A stretch of DNA of 64,000 bases from Octopus vulgaris (GCA_951406725.2 OX597814.1:109988001-110052000), one strand, 5' to 3'; numbered from the stretch's first letter, positions 38,990-52,012 are shown. Notes: generated by a model from the sequence alone, not told the origin. Made by a program: numbers and translations.

Positions 38990-39352
38990 AGTCAAGTAAA
39001 ATCAAAGATCAAAGATCAAATCACAATCAAATGGAAATTGTAGTTGTGATTGATGCCAGTGCCACCTGACTGGCTCTCATGCTGGAAGCACACAATAAGC
39101 ACCATTCATGTATGGGTCATTGCCAGTGCCGCCTGACTGGCTCCCTGTCCCAGTGGCACGTAAAAAGTACCTAGTACCTTCTCAGAATGGTTGGTGTTAG
39201 AAAGGGCATCCAGCTGTAGAAACATTGCCAGAACAGATTGGAACCTGATGCAGCCTCCTGGCTTCCCAGACCCCGGTCGAACCATCCAACCCATGCTAGC
39301 ATGGAAAACGGACGTTAAACAAGGACGATGACGGCGGCGACGATGATGATGA
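38990..39352 (+). mobile_element. RTE 3'UTR stub
   Basis: Starts GAGTCAAGT-AAATCAAA..ATGGAAATTGTAG as in the LINE UTR; ends in GAC/GAT triplets. Confidence 0.8.
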
Positions 39353-39404
39353 CCTGAAAATCTTCAGTCATTGCTTTCTTTCTGTTTTCATGTATGCACA
39401 TATT

Positions 39405-39810
39405 CTTTTATTCTTTTACATGTTTCAGTCATTTGACTGTGGCCATGCTGGAGCACCACCTTTAGTTGAACAGTTCGATCCCAGGACTTATTTCTTGTAA
39501 GCCTAGTATTTGTTCCATCGGCCTCTTTTGCTGAACTGCTAAGTTACGAGGGACTTAAACACGCCAACATCAGTTGTCAAGAGATGGTGGGAGGACAAAC
39601 AAAGACACACAAATACATACACACACGCACGCATGCACACACACACACACACACACACATAAAAGGTTTGTTTTAGTTTTCTTCTACCAAAATCTTTGGT
39701 AAGCCCAAGCTATAGTAGAAGACACTTGCCCAAGGTGCGATGCAGTGGGACTGAACCTGGAACCATGTGATTGGGAAGCAAACTTCTTACTACACAGCCA
39801 CTCCTGTGCC
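39405..39810 (-). mobile_element. SINE family A, full length
   Basis: Reverse-complement match to the family. Confidence 0.85.
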
Positions 39811-40917
39811 TATAACCACTCCTATCAAACCCAATTGTTATATTTAATTTGTTTGTCTGCATAATTGCCTCCATATCTGCTCACCTTGATTCCTCTTTCC
39901 ACCACTCTTTACTCTGCGGAATTGGTCTATGTCTAAGTTTGAATCATTTGAACGTTACTGTTTTCTATACTGAGAATCTCTGGATCTCATCTGTTGAAAA
40001 TCTGACAGTTCTGCTGAATTTTTTGTGCGTGGCATGGTTACTCTTCACGAATGTTTAATATAATGGCACCAGGAATGAAAAAGAATAATTACATTGTAAA
40101 TTCTACACCACTGAAAACATATTAAGACGCTTAGATCAGAAATTTTGAAAATTAAAGGTGTCTATTTATTTCCTGCATTTCTGTGTATATATTTATTTAA
40201 AAACAGTTATATACTTTTGTGTGTATGTATGTATAAATATATATGTGTGTGTCTCCATTTGTATATGATAAAGAAAGTGAGTCTGCATGATGTGCGCGTG
40301 ACAGAACATGTATTTGGTTTCCAGCTATTCCTGCTGTTTTAATTGAAAGCAAAACTAGGTTGTAAAAATGATATCTTCATATATAGAAAGTTTAGCTCTA
40401 TTGATGAAACTGTTGATTATATAAAGACTTTGCATGCTGTAAATGTGTCTCTTAATAACTGGTTGTCTGGTATATGTGGTGAGTCTTGGTGAAGAAGTAA
40501 CTGTGAGCACACTATTGTTCACACGACCAAGCTTCTATTTGCTATCACGGCATCATAATCATAATCTAACACCCATTTTCCATACTGGTATGAGTTGGAT
40601 GGTTTTACCGGAGTTGGTAAAGCCAGGAACCACACCAAGCTCCATTTATCTGTTCTGGCATTGTTTCTACAGCTGGATGATGCCCTTCCTAATGACAACC
40701 ACTACACAGAGTGGACTGGGTGTTTTATTATGTGGAGCCGGCACCACCATCAATTCTACTGTGGCAGACAGGATATATGTGTGTGTGTCTGTATGTATGT
40801 ATGTATATATATATATGTGTTTTCAACGTCTGTTTTCCATGCTGGCATGGGTCGGATGGTTTGACTGAAAACTGGAGAGCTGCAACAGGTTTCAATCTAA
40901 TATGTATATATATATAT

Positions 40918-43625
40918 ATATCGGCCTATGCCCCTCAGCCAGGGCTACCTGATGGACAGAAAGACTGTTTCTATGACACCCTACTGCAGACCACATCATT
41001 GACGAACGACAGGGACCTTCTCTTTGTGGCTGGTGACTTCAATGGGCATGTTGGACGATGTGCTGGGGGCTTCCATGGCGTGCATGGAGGCTACGGTTAT
41101 GGTTCCCGCAACGAGGAGGGAACCAGGCTGCTGGAGTTCTGCGATGCGAATAGTCTTATGGTTTGCAACACTAACTTCAGGAAACCGACAAGCCACCTGG
41201 TCACCTACCGATCGGGCCAGCATACTAGCCAAATCGACTACATCCTTGCCAGAAAAAGGAAAAGATGGCTGCTTATAAATGCCAAAACCTTCCAAGGCGA
41301 AGAATGCACCCCACAACATAGACTGGTAGTTAGTGACTTTAGGATCAGGACTAAGAGGGCGACTAGAAGACGACCAACATGGAGAAGAAGGGTCTGGAAG
41401 CTTAAAGACCCTGCGAATGGACAGAGATTTAGAGATATGTTATTTGAAGCCTTAGACGAAATGGAAGGGAGTATAGCTACGCATGGAGTAGAAGACAACT
41501 GGACGCTTCTGAGGGACAACCTGCTGAAAGCCGCTGACCAGATCTGTGGCTGGTGCAAAGTCCCCTTAAGACCCAAAATAACGTGGTGGTGGAACAATAT
41601 TGTTGACAGGGCTATTAGACAAAAGAAACAGGCTTGGAAGGCCTGGAAGAACGGTGGTAGCAGGGAAGTGTATCAGACTGCCAGAAGGGAAGCCAGGAGA
41701 CAGGTCTATCTAGCCAGAGGGGAGGCAGATAAGGAAAAATTTGCCAATGTCCTGCGCCGTGAGGATGAAAGACTTGAGGTATTTCGTGTTGCAAGACAGT
41801 GTGTGAGAGAGAACCGTGACGTGGTAGGAGAGAAGTGTGTTCGCAAGGATGACGGTTCACTTGCGCTAAATGAGGATGCAAAGAGAGAGGCTTGGAGACG
41901 CCACTATGAAAGGTTGCTGAATGAAGAAAATGAATGGGATAAAGAGAGTCTGCCGAATGTCGACCCAACAGAGGGACCAGCAATCCGAGTTAACAGTTCC
42001 TTAGTAGATAAGGCAATTAGAAGCATGAAAACAGGGAAAGCCCCAGGCCCATCAGGAATTACTGCAGAGATGCTCAAAATATCTGGTGGTGTCGGCTATA
42101 GCTTAGTCACCCGTATAGTTAACCAGGTGATACACGAGGGAGTCATACCCAATGACTGGTGTAGCAGCATAATAGTCAACTGCTACAAAGGTAAAGGCGA
42201 CGCCCTAGATACAAATAACTACAGAGGCATCAAGCTGCTGGATCAGGTAATGAAGGTTACGGAGAGGGTTATAGCCCAACTAATTAGAGAGAGTGTTAGC
42301 TTAGATGATATGCAGTTTGGGTTCGTGGCAGGGAAAAGTACTACTGATGCTATATTCCTGGTAAGACAGCTGCAGGAGAAATACCTAGCCAAAGACAAGC
42401 CCTTGTACCTGGCTTTTGTTGACTTGGAGAAAGCCTTTGACAGGGTCCCCCGATCCCTTATCTGGTGGTCAATGAGGAAACTAGGGATAAATGAATGGTT
42501 AGTGAGAGCTGTGCAAGCCATGTACAGAGACGCTGCTAGTAAGGTGAGGGTTGACAACGAGTACAGTGAAGAATTCCGGGTAGAGGTTGGGGTCCACCAA
42601 GGTTCAGTCCTCAGTCCCCTCCTATTTATCATAGTCCTCCAGGCAATAACGGAGGAATTCAAGACAGGATGCCCCTGGGAGCTCCTCTATGCTGACGACC
42701 TTGCTCTAATTGCTGAGTCACTATCAGAACTGGAGGAGAAGTTTCAGGTGTGGAAACAAGGATTAGAATCGAAGGGCCTTAGAATCAACCTAGCCAAAAC
42801 CAAAGTCCTAATAAGTAGGAAGGTGGACCAATCACAAACGACTTCAGGTAGATGGCCCTGCTCGATCTGTAAAAAAGGTGTAGGCAGAAACTCTATAAGG
42901 TGCACCAAGTGTAAGCTATGGACACATAAGAGGTGCAGCAATGTCAAAGGAAGGCTAACTAGGAAAATAGTTTTTGTCTGTGGCAGATGCTCAGGAGCAA
43001 TAAACACTGGAAATGTGCAGAGACCAACTTCTACCACGTTCCAGGGAGACAAACTAGAAGTAGTTGATAGCTTCCGCTACCTAGGAGACCAAGTCAGTAG
43101 CGGGGGTGGGTGTGCTGAAAGTGTAACTGCTAGAGTAAGAATAGCTTGGGCAAAGTTTAGAGAGCTCTTACCCCTGCTGGTGACAAAAGGCCTCTCGCTC
43201 AGAGTAAAAGGCAGACTGTATGATGCATGTGTACGTACAGCCATGCTACATGGTAGTGAAACATGGGCCATGACTGCTGAGGATATGCGTAAGCTTGCAA
43301 GAAATGAAGCCAGTATGCTCCGATGGATGTGTAATGTCAGTGTTCATAATCGTCAGAGTGTAAGTACCTTGAGAGAAAAGTTGAACCTAAGAAGCGTCAA
43401 TTGTGGTGTGCAAGAGAGACGGCTGCGCTGGTATGGTCATGTGATGAGAATGGCTGTAGATAGTTGTGTGCAAAAGTGCTACACCCTAGCAGTTGAAGAA
43501 ACCTGTGGAAAACCTGGGACGAGGTGGTGAAGCACGACCTTCGAACTTTAGGTCTCACCAAGGAAATGACTAGAGACCGAGACCTATGGAAGTATGCTGT
43601 GCGTGAGAAGACCCGGCAAGAGTAG
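40918..43625 (+). CDS. RTE-clade LINE ORF: 5'-truncated APE endonuclease + reverse transcriptase + inserted PHD-type finger; frameshift near 43509
   Basis: ISAYAPQ, GDFNGHVG, SQIDY, QHRLV (APE); KAPGPSG, NYRGIKLL, QFGF, AFVDLEKAFD, GVHQGSVLSPLLF, YADD (42688-42699), FRYLG, GSETW, RRLRWYGHV; after the frameshift KTWDEVVKHDLRTLGL...EKTRQE*; the first ~69 codons of the listed 939-aa ORF are unrelated repeat sequence. Confidence 0.95.
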
Positions 43626-45600
43626 TCAGGCCATAACCCGTGGCCCCTACCTGGGACGTAGTCAGTCCACCTGTGCATACCTTCCTTCTTGTGACACTTG
43701 TGAAGACCTGTTGAGGCAAGTGAAAGTGAAAATCAAAATAAAATAGATGATCATCAATGGAATTTGTATCTTTGTTACCAGTGCCGGTGGCACACAAGAA
43801 AACCATCCGAACGTGGCCGTAGCCAGTACCGCATCGACTGGCCTCCGTGCTGTGGGCACATAGCAAACACCATCCGATCCTGGCCGTTCGCCAGCCTCAT
43901 CTGGCACCTGTGTCGGTGGCACATAAAAACACCATCCGAAGACCCGGCAAGACTAGTCAGGCCATAACCCGTGGCCCCTAACTGGGACGTAGTCAGTTCA
44001 CCTGTGCATACCTCCCTTCTTGTGACACTTGTGAAGACCTGTTGAGGCAAGTGAAAATCAAAATAAAAAAAAAAATAAAAAAATAAAAAATGAAAACAAA
44101 TCGAAATAGATGAATATCAATGGAATTTGTATCTTTGTGGTACCAGTGCCGGTGGCACACAAGATAACCATCCGAACGTGGCCGTAGCCAGTACTGCATC
44201 GACTGGCCTCCGTGCTGTGGGCACGTAACAAACACCATCCGATCGTGGCCGTTTGCCAGCCTCATCCGGCACCTGTGTCGGTGGCACATAAAAACACCAT
44301 CCGAAGACCCGGCAAGACTAGGCACCTGTGTCGGTGGCACATAAAAACACCATCCGAAGACCCGGCAAGACTAGTCAGGCCATAATCCGTGGCCCCAACC
44401 TGGGACGTAGTCAGTCCACCTGTGCATACCTTCCTTCTTGTGACACTTGTGAAGACCTTTTGAGGCAAGTGAAAGTGAAAATCAAAATAAAATAGATGAA
44501 CATCAATGGAATTTGTATCTTTATGGTACCAGTGCCGGTGGCACACAAGACAACCATCCGAACGTGGCCGTAGCCAGTACCGCATCGACTGGCCTCCGTG
44601 CTGTGGGCACGTAACAAACACCATCCGATCATGTCCGTTCGCCAGCCTCATCAGGCACCTGTGTCGGTGGCACATAAAAACACCATCTAGGCCATAACCC
44701 GTGGCCCCTACCTGGGACGTAGTCAGTCCGCCTGTGCATACCTTCCTTCTTGTGACACTTGTGAAGACCTGATGAGGCAAGTGATCAAATCAAAACAAAT
44801 CAAAATAGATGAACATCAATGGAATTTGTATCTTTGTGGTACCAGGGCCGGTGGCACACAAGATAACCATCCGAACATGGCCGTAGCCAGTACCGCATCG
44901 ACTGGCCTCTGTGCTGTGGGCTCATAACAAACACCATCCGATCGTGGCCGTTCGCCAGCCTCATCTGGCACCTGTGTCGGTGGCACATAAAAACACCATC
45001 CGAAGACCCGGCAAGACTAGTCAGGCCATAACCCGTGGCCTCTACCTGGGACGTAATCAGTCCACCTGTGCATACCTTCCTTCTTGTGACACTTGTGAAG
45101 ACCTGTTGAGACAAGTGATCAAATCAAATCAAATCAAATCAAAATAGATGAACATCAATGGAATTTGTATCTTTGTGGCACACAAGAAAACCATCCGAAC
45201 GTGGCCGTAGCCAGTACCGCATCGACTGGCCTCCGTGCTGTGGGCACGTAACAAACACCATCCATCTGGCACCTGTGTCGGAGACACATAAAAACATCAT
45301 CCGAAGACCCGGCAAGACTAGTCAGGCCATAACCCGTGGCCCCTACCTGGGACGTTGTCAGTTCACCTGTGCATACCTTCCTTCCTTCTTGTGACACTTG
45401 TGAAGACCTGTTGAGGCAAGTGAAAATCAAATCAAATCAAATCAAAATAGATGAACATCAATGGAATTTGTATCTTTGCGGTACCAGTGCCGGTGGCACA
45501 CAAGAAAACCATCCGAACGTGGCCGTAGCCAGTACCGCATCGACTGGCCTCCGTGCTGTGGGCATGTAAGAAACACCATCCGATCGTGGCCGTTCGTCAG
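43607..45600 (+). repeat. About six tandem ~300-400-bp copies of the proximal RTE 3'UTR
   Basis: GAAGACCCGGCAAG.TAGTCAGGCCATAA recurs at about 43607, 43938, 44356, 45002 and 45303, with partial units near 44303 and 44690. Confidence 0.95.
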
Positions 45601-45933
45601 CCTCGTCTGGCACCTGTGTCGGTGGCACATAAAAACACCATCCGAGCGTGGCCGTTCGCCAGCCTCGTCTGGCACCTGTGTCGGTGGCACATAAAAACAC
45701 CATCCGAGCGTGGCCGTTCGCCAGCCTCGTCTGGCACCTGTGTCGGTGGCACATAAAATCACCCACTACACTCTCGGAGTGGTTGGCGTTAGGAAGGGCA
45801 TCCAGCTGTAGAAACACTGCCAGATCTGGCTGGCCTGGTGCAGCCTTCGGGCTCCCCAGACCCCAGTTGAACCGTCCAACCCATGCTAGCATGGAAAGCG
45901 GACGTTAAATGATGATGATGATGATGATGATGA
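45600..45933 (+). mobile_element. RTE distal 3'UTR and (GAT)n tail
   Basis: Three ~62-bp hairpin modules, GTGGTTGGCGTTAGGAAGGGCATCCAGCTGTAG, CCATGCTAGCATGG, ACGTTAAA(TGA)n, then (TA)n as on the 5' flank. Confidence 0.9.
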
Positions 45934-46012
45934 TATATATATATATATATACATATAGAGATGTACTTGCATAGCAAGTGACTTGATCTGAGATCGTGTG
46001 CTTGAACGAAAA

Positions 46013-46302
46013 CAATTGCAGCATGGAAGGTGTTTATAAGCCATTTAAGAAACACACAAAAACCATTAGATTCACTTCAACATTTAAATTTAATTTGTCA
46101 AAATATTTTCGTCGCTTTGAGACCACGACCTGTTTACTGACAAAACTTCATGGAGATGCAGCATGAAGTTTTGTCAGTGAACAGGTCGCAGTCTCAATGC
46201 AACGAAAATATTTTGACAAATTAAATTTAAATGTTGAAGTGAATCTAATGGTTTTTGTGTGTTTCTCAAATGGCTTATAAACACCTTCCACGCTGCAATT
46301 GT
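46013..46302. mobile_element. ~290-bp near-perfect palindrome with two G3:C8-variant hammerhead-like motifs
   Basis: Arms about 46013-46152 and 46162-46302; plus motif TTTGTCA-GTGAACA-G-GTCGC..GCAAC-GAAA ATA TTT-TGACAAA. Confidence 0.7.
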
Positions 46303-47019
46303 TATATACATAATTATATTAGGAAAAATAAGAAAATGGAGATAAAATTGATAATTGATAAACATCAATTATCATTTGTTGATTACAAAAAGATAATATC
46401 TCATCTAACAGCTGTTTCTAGTTTGGGCATAATCAGGCTATCAGGCAGTACTGGCATCAGCCAGGCTTGAATGGTGCTTTTTATGTGCCACTGGCATGGG
46501 AGCCAGTCAGGCAACACTGGCAATGACCACACTTGAATGGTGCTTTTTACGTGTCACTGGCATGGGAGCCAGTCGAATATTTGCAATAATTTGTTTGAAG
46601 ACACTGATATTTACTGCTACAGTTTATTGTGGCTGCATTTGTTGTTTGTTCAATCAAGACGGTTATTGCTGAGTAGTTTCTAAAATAGTAAACAGTCTAT
46701 GAAAAGAATAGCAGGGAAATATAAACCAAACACAACAGAAGATCCTTCGCATGTAACCGCTTTGAAATCAGGATATCCAATTAAGTTTTATCCAATTACG
46801 TTATGTTGGAAACGTATTTCTGTCTCCAATCATGTTTTTTTTCTTGCTACTTCAATAACAGTGTAACACTGGATACATCACAACTCCTGAGTTTCATATG
46901 CTTAATTCTAATTGCTTGTTTAATGCTAGATACATTAAATACAAATTTTACTGTTGTTTTTCATTCAGATGGTGTCTCTGTAATTAAACTGAATATTTTT
47001 TGTGCTAACCTTGGATCAT

Positions 47020-47390
47020 AGAGTGACCTGCTGTTCTTGAGGAGACCTATTGAGTCAAGTACGTCAACATCAAAATAAAAATCAAATGGAAATTGTAGTT
47101 AAGACACTCGTGTCAGTGACACGTAAAAAGCACCATCCATGATGGTGACACGTAAAAGCACCAACCAATCATGGCCATTTGCCAGCCTGCTCTGGCCCCT
47201 GAGCCGGTGGGACATAAAAAACACCCACTACACTCACAGAGTGGTTGGCGTTAGGAAGGGCATCCAGCTGTACAAACACTGCCAAGTCAGACTAGAGCCT
47301 GGTGCAGCCTCCATAGCTTACCAGACCCCGGTTGAACCGTCCAACCTATGCTAGCATGGAAAACGGACATTAAATGATGATGATGATGAT
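47020..47390 (+). mobile_element. RTE 3'UTR stub
   Basis: GAGACCTATTGAGTCAAGT start, three modules, (GAT)n tail. Confidence 0.8.
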
Positions 47391-49679
47391 TTTTTTTATC
47401 GTATTCTCTTGTTTCTTCTGCCTATTTGCGTGCAACATTCTACAAGGACAAAATGAAAAGTTCACAAGATGACTGTAAAGGAGTGATTTTACACCTCCTA
47501 AGTGATTCTCTCATCACTACTTCAGCTAGAGTGGTGATGTTTATACTCCACTGTGGAAGTCACTAAGATAGAAACCTGTCTAAAATTATCTCCCTTAATG
47601 AAGTAACTAAATTAATTAGTCCTTGTGCTGATATTGTCTGTCCTTCATTACAAAAGTACTTTTAATTCGGTATTTAGTGCCTCAAGACATTAAATATCTA
47701 ACACTAACATTACCTCTATGCATAAAGTTTATGGATTAAAAACTAGTATGCTACTTGGCAGATGATGGGCAACTTTGGAAGTCTACTTATTTGTCAGGAT
47801 GGTTGATAACAGGAAATATGGTATTCATACAATAATTATAATTTCTATCAAATTTCGTGGTGTTTATACAAAATAACTGTTTCAAATTTTGGCACAAGGC
47901 CAGCAATTTTAGGGGAGAGTGGGGTTAATCAATTACATCAATATTTGTACTTGACTTCTACTTTGTTTTCGTGACTCCTAAAAAAATAAAAAAAAGCTAA
48001 GTTGACCTCAGCAGAACTTGAACCCTGAGAGTAAAGAGTCGAAAGAAGTGCGACTAAAAATTTCGTCCAATGAAGTGATTCCACCAATGAGTCTGCCAGC
48101 TCAGTTTCCAAATGAAAAATAATTCTTGCCTGAACAATAAACCGAATTTCTCATTTGAATAACTCTCCCTCCACAACTACTCAAATATTTACTCTCCTCC
48201 TCTTTTTCTTCTTCTTCCTTCTCCTCTTTCTCTCCTCCTCTTACCTCTCTTCCTCCACCACCACCTTCTCCACTCCTCTACCTCCTCCTCTTTTTCTTCT
48301 TCCTTCTCCTCCTCCTCTTCCACTGCTTCTCTTACCTCCCTTTCTCCACCACCACCTTCTCCACTCCTCAACCTCCTCCTCCTTTTCTTTTTCCTTCTCC
48401 TCCTCCTTTTTTCTCCCTTCTCCTCCTCCTTTTCTTCTTCCTTCTCCTCCTCCTTTTCTTCCTTCTCCTCTTCTTCCTCCACATTATCCTCCCCTCCTCT
48501 TACTTCTCTTCCTTCACAACCACATACTCCACTCCTCTACTTCCTCCTCCTCCACCTCTTCCTCTTTCTCCTTTTCCCACTTCCTTTTCCTTCTTCACCT
48601 CCCCCTGGTCCACTCCTGCCACCTATGATTCTTTCATTTTCACTATAGGTGTTTATAGTGTGTGTGTGTGTGTGTGTGCACTTGTGGGTGAGTGGGTGTA
48701 GTGTCCCTGTCTAGTCTATCTCTCTTTTTCTCCCTCTCCTCATCTCTCTCTGTATGATGTAAACATAACTGAGGAAGTCAACCAACCAACCAACCAACCA
48801 ACCAACCAATATTTATATCATCAGCTATTATTAAATGAAAATGGATGTCACTTGAAACATAACATGTGACTCTTGAAAGTATTCTTGTGGCACCATGGCT
48901 AATCTCAGGAAACATGTCATGCAATCAATTATTGTAATTCAATTTTTAGCAAAATTCTTGCTACTTATAACAAAATGATGGAATCAATACTAATTTTCAA
49001 AAGCAAAATATTTATTATCTCAAAATTAAATTGAATTAAACAAATCTCTCTTTTGTATAGTCCCTCCCATCCCCATTCTCTCATTTCTTCTTCTTCTTCT
49101 TCTTCTTCTTCTTCTTCTTCTTCTTCTTCTTCTTCTTCTTCTTCCTTCTTCCTCCTCCTCCTTCTTTTCTTCCTTCTTCTCCTCTTCCTCCTCCTCTCCT
49201 TTCTCTCCTCCTCTTCTTCCTCTCTGTCCTCCTCCTATTCTTCTTCTGCCTCCTTTTATTCTTCCTCTCCTTCCGCTTCTTCATCTCCTTCCGCTTCTTC
49301 ATCTCCTTCCTCTTCCTCCTCCTTCTCCTTCTCTTCCTCCTATTCATCTTCTCTTTTCTGTTTCTCCTCTTCTGCCTTCCTCTTTTTCCTCTCCTCTTCT
49401 TCCTTTTCTTCTTCCTCTTTTTCTTTCTCCTCTTCCTCCTTCTCCAACTCACCTTCTTTCTCCCTTCCCCTCTCTCTCCTTTCTCCTTCTCCCCCTTCTC
49501 CTCCCCTCCACTCCTATCACTTTGATCCTTTCTCTCTCATTGTGTCTTTGTCCTTTGATGATCTTTTGTGGTCCGAGCATTTGTAACACTTATCGTAGGG
49601 CTCCAAACAACCACGATACTGAAGTGTGTGTAAGAACCTTTATATAAACCTGTATTTATCCTTATTTCTTAATATATAT

Positions 49680-51187
49680 GTTTTTATTCAGTTTTATTTC
49701 AAGATTTTTTGCCAAAACAGAAAGGGTCACTTTCTAACAAACACCCAAGGACCCCTCATTGGAATTTCAACAACATCAACAGGGTGTTTGTGCATGTTTG
49801 AATGTATGTGTGCAATATTTGCAGTGAGTGCATGTGCAGATTTGCACATGCACTGTTTTATGTATGTATTCTCATGCATATAACTACATATCTAGACATG
49901 CTCATCATCATCATCGTTTAACGTCCGCTTTCCATGCTAGCAGGGGTTGGATGATTTGATTGAGGACTGGCGAACCAGATGGCTGCACCAGGCTCCAATC
50001 TTGATCTGGCAGAGTTTCTACTGCTGGATGCCCTTCCTAACGCCAACCACTCCGAGAGTGTAGTGGGTGCTTTTATGTGCCACCGGCATGGGGGCCAGTC
50101 AGGCGGTACTGGTAATGGCCTCGCTCAAATCTTTTTACACATGCCACCAGGACAGGTGCCAGTAAGGCAATGCTGGTAATGATCACACTTGAACGGTGTC
50201 TTTTACGTGCCACGGAAGCCAGTTGGCTGCTCTGGTAACGATCATGCTTGGATGGTGCTCTTAGCACCCTACTAGCATGGGGCTCAAGTGCCAGTAAGGC
50301 GACACTGGTAACGATCACACTTGAATGGTGCCTTTTATGTGCCACTGGCACGCTCATATATATTTAAATGATAAACTTCTGGAAAGTTTTACAGATTTTT
50401 ACAGTTCCAGTGATGGCTTGACTCTGCAATCTTCTAATTAGTTTTCCTTCATTCCTGGTTTTGAGAAGCCTAATTTCTCAAGATTGGTATTTAGATTGTA
50501 TGTACTATGTATGTGTGTGTCTATTTGTATGTATGCATGTATGTATGTCATTATTCAGTTTATTTCAAGATTTCTTGCCAACAGAGAAAGAACCAGTTTG
50601 TAACCTAGATCCAAAGCTCCTTCACTGGAATTTCAACTCCAACAACAGGGTATTTTTGTTTGTATGTGTGTATGTATGTACAGATTTGTATGTTTTATGT
50701 ATGTCTTCTCATGCATATAGATACATATCTAGACATGCACATATATATTTAAATGGTCAACTTCTGGAAATAGAAATAATATATTTTTAAATCTCTCAGA
50801 GAGATTTATGCAGTAGCAACACAATAAAGTGATAGTGTGTTGTCAACTTAATTTGACAGTCCCATGAAAGGGAAGAATGCTACTGTTATTTAGCCCTAAG
50901 AAACACCGTTTCCTGTTGGACTTGACACATTTCCTGTGTCCTTATGCTTTCAAGGTGCTTGTCTCCACTTTGAAAACATAAGGACACAGGAAATGTGTTA
51001 AGTCCAACAGGAAACGGTATTTCCTAAGGCTAAATAACAATAGCATTCTTCCCTTTCATGGAACTGTCACATTAAGTTGACAACATACTATTAACTTCTG
51101 GAAAGTTTTACAGATTTTTACAGTTCCAGTAATGAATTGGATCTGTAGCCTTCGAATCAGCTTTCTCCTTTCTGGTTTTGAAAAGCC
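49680..51187 (-). mobile_element. Cluster of three 3' fragments of a probable REL-endonuclease non-LTR element, with nested inserts
   Basis: Reverse complement of 50365-50445 encodes LIRRLQSQAITGTVKICKTFQKFII*; pieces at 49680-49904 + 50352-50490, 50520-50770 and 51093-51187; an RTE stub at 49905-50351 is flanked by GCTCAT repeats. Confidence 0.55.
50832..51091. repeat. ~260-bp palindrome (MITE/foldback-like)
   Basis: ATAGTGTGTTGTCAACTTAA...TTAAGTTGACAACATACTAT arms with a short central loop near 50960; no hammerhead core seen. Confidence 0.85.
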
Positions 51188-51487
51188 TCTGTGTGTGTAT
51201 CACTTCTTGATTGGTTTAGTAGCAAATGATAGAAGTCTCAAACTTAATATAACGGAGTTACTCATCTGACAGAATTATTATGAGAAAATATAAGGAAAAA
51301 AAAGAGGAGCTGTCATCTTGAAATCTATCAGGAAGACACAGAAGTTACTTGGGAGGAAAAAATGGCTTTAAAATAATTGGAAATTTTTTAACAATTCTCT
51401 CTCTCTCTCTCTCTCTTACTCTCACTTTTTCTCCCTTTCTCTCTTCATTCTCTCTCTATCTTCATTTTTCATCTCACTCACTCAACC

Positions 51488-51536
<49 letters not shown>

Positions 51537-51922
51537 ACTCATTTTCTATCTCATTATTACAAATTTGTCAAAATTGAGTTGCTTGTTTTTTTTCATTTAT
51601 TTCTAAGTCCATCAGCGTAAATATGAAACAAAAACATACAAACATATACACACACACACACTCAAATATGTGCAAAGTTATATTCGTATGTGTATTTGTA
51701 TGTGATGAAATAAAGTTATTATTTTAAAGCTAGTTTTAGAATCACAACAGAACGTCTGTTGATGATGGGAGGCAGGTGAGGAATCTAGTCTAAGAATATC
51801 CTGAAATGTATTTTAAAGTTTGTCTTCACTAAGACTTGAAATTTTGCCTAATTTTGGCTTATTTATGTATGGTTATATAAGCATGGGTATATGTGTATAT
51901 ATATATGTGTGTGTATGTGTTC

Positions 51923-51968
<46 letters not shown>

Positions 51969-51981
51969 TTATATATATATG

Positions 51982-52012
<31 letters not shown>

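Noticed and set aside
40711-40917. N-terminal 69 codons of the 939-aa ORF
   Set aside because: Read-through of antisense RTE stubs and microsatellite; LINE homology starts at ISAYAPQ
50585-50640. Hammerhead-like look in the REL-element 3'UTR (also 49715-49770)
   Set aside because: Neither copy has CTGANGA
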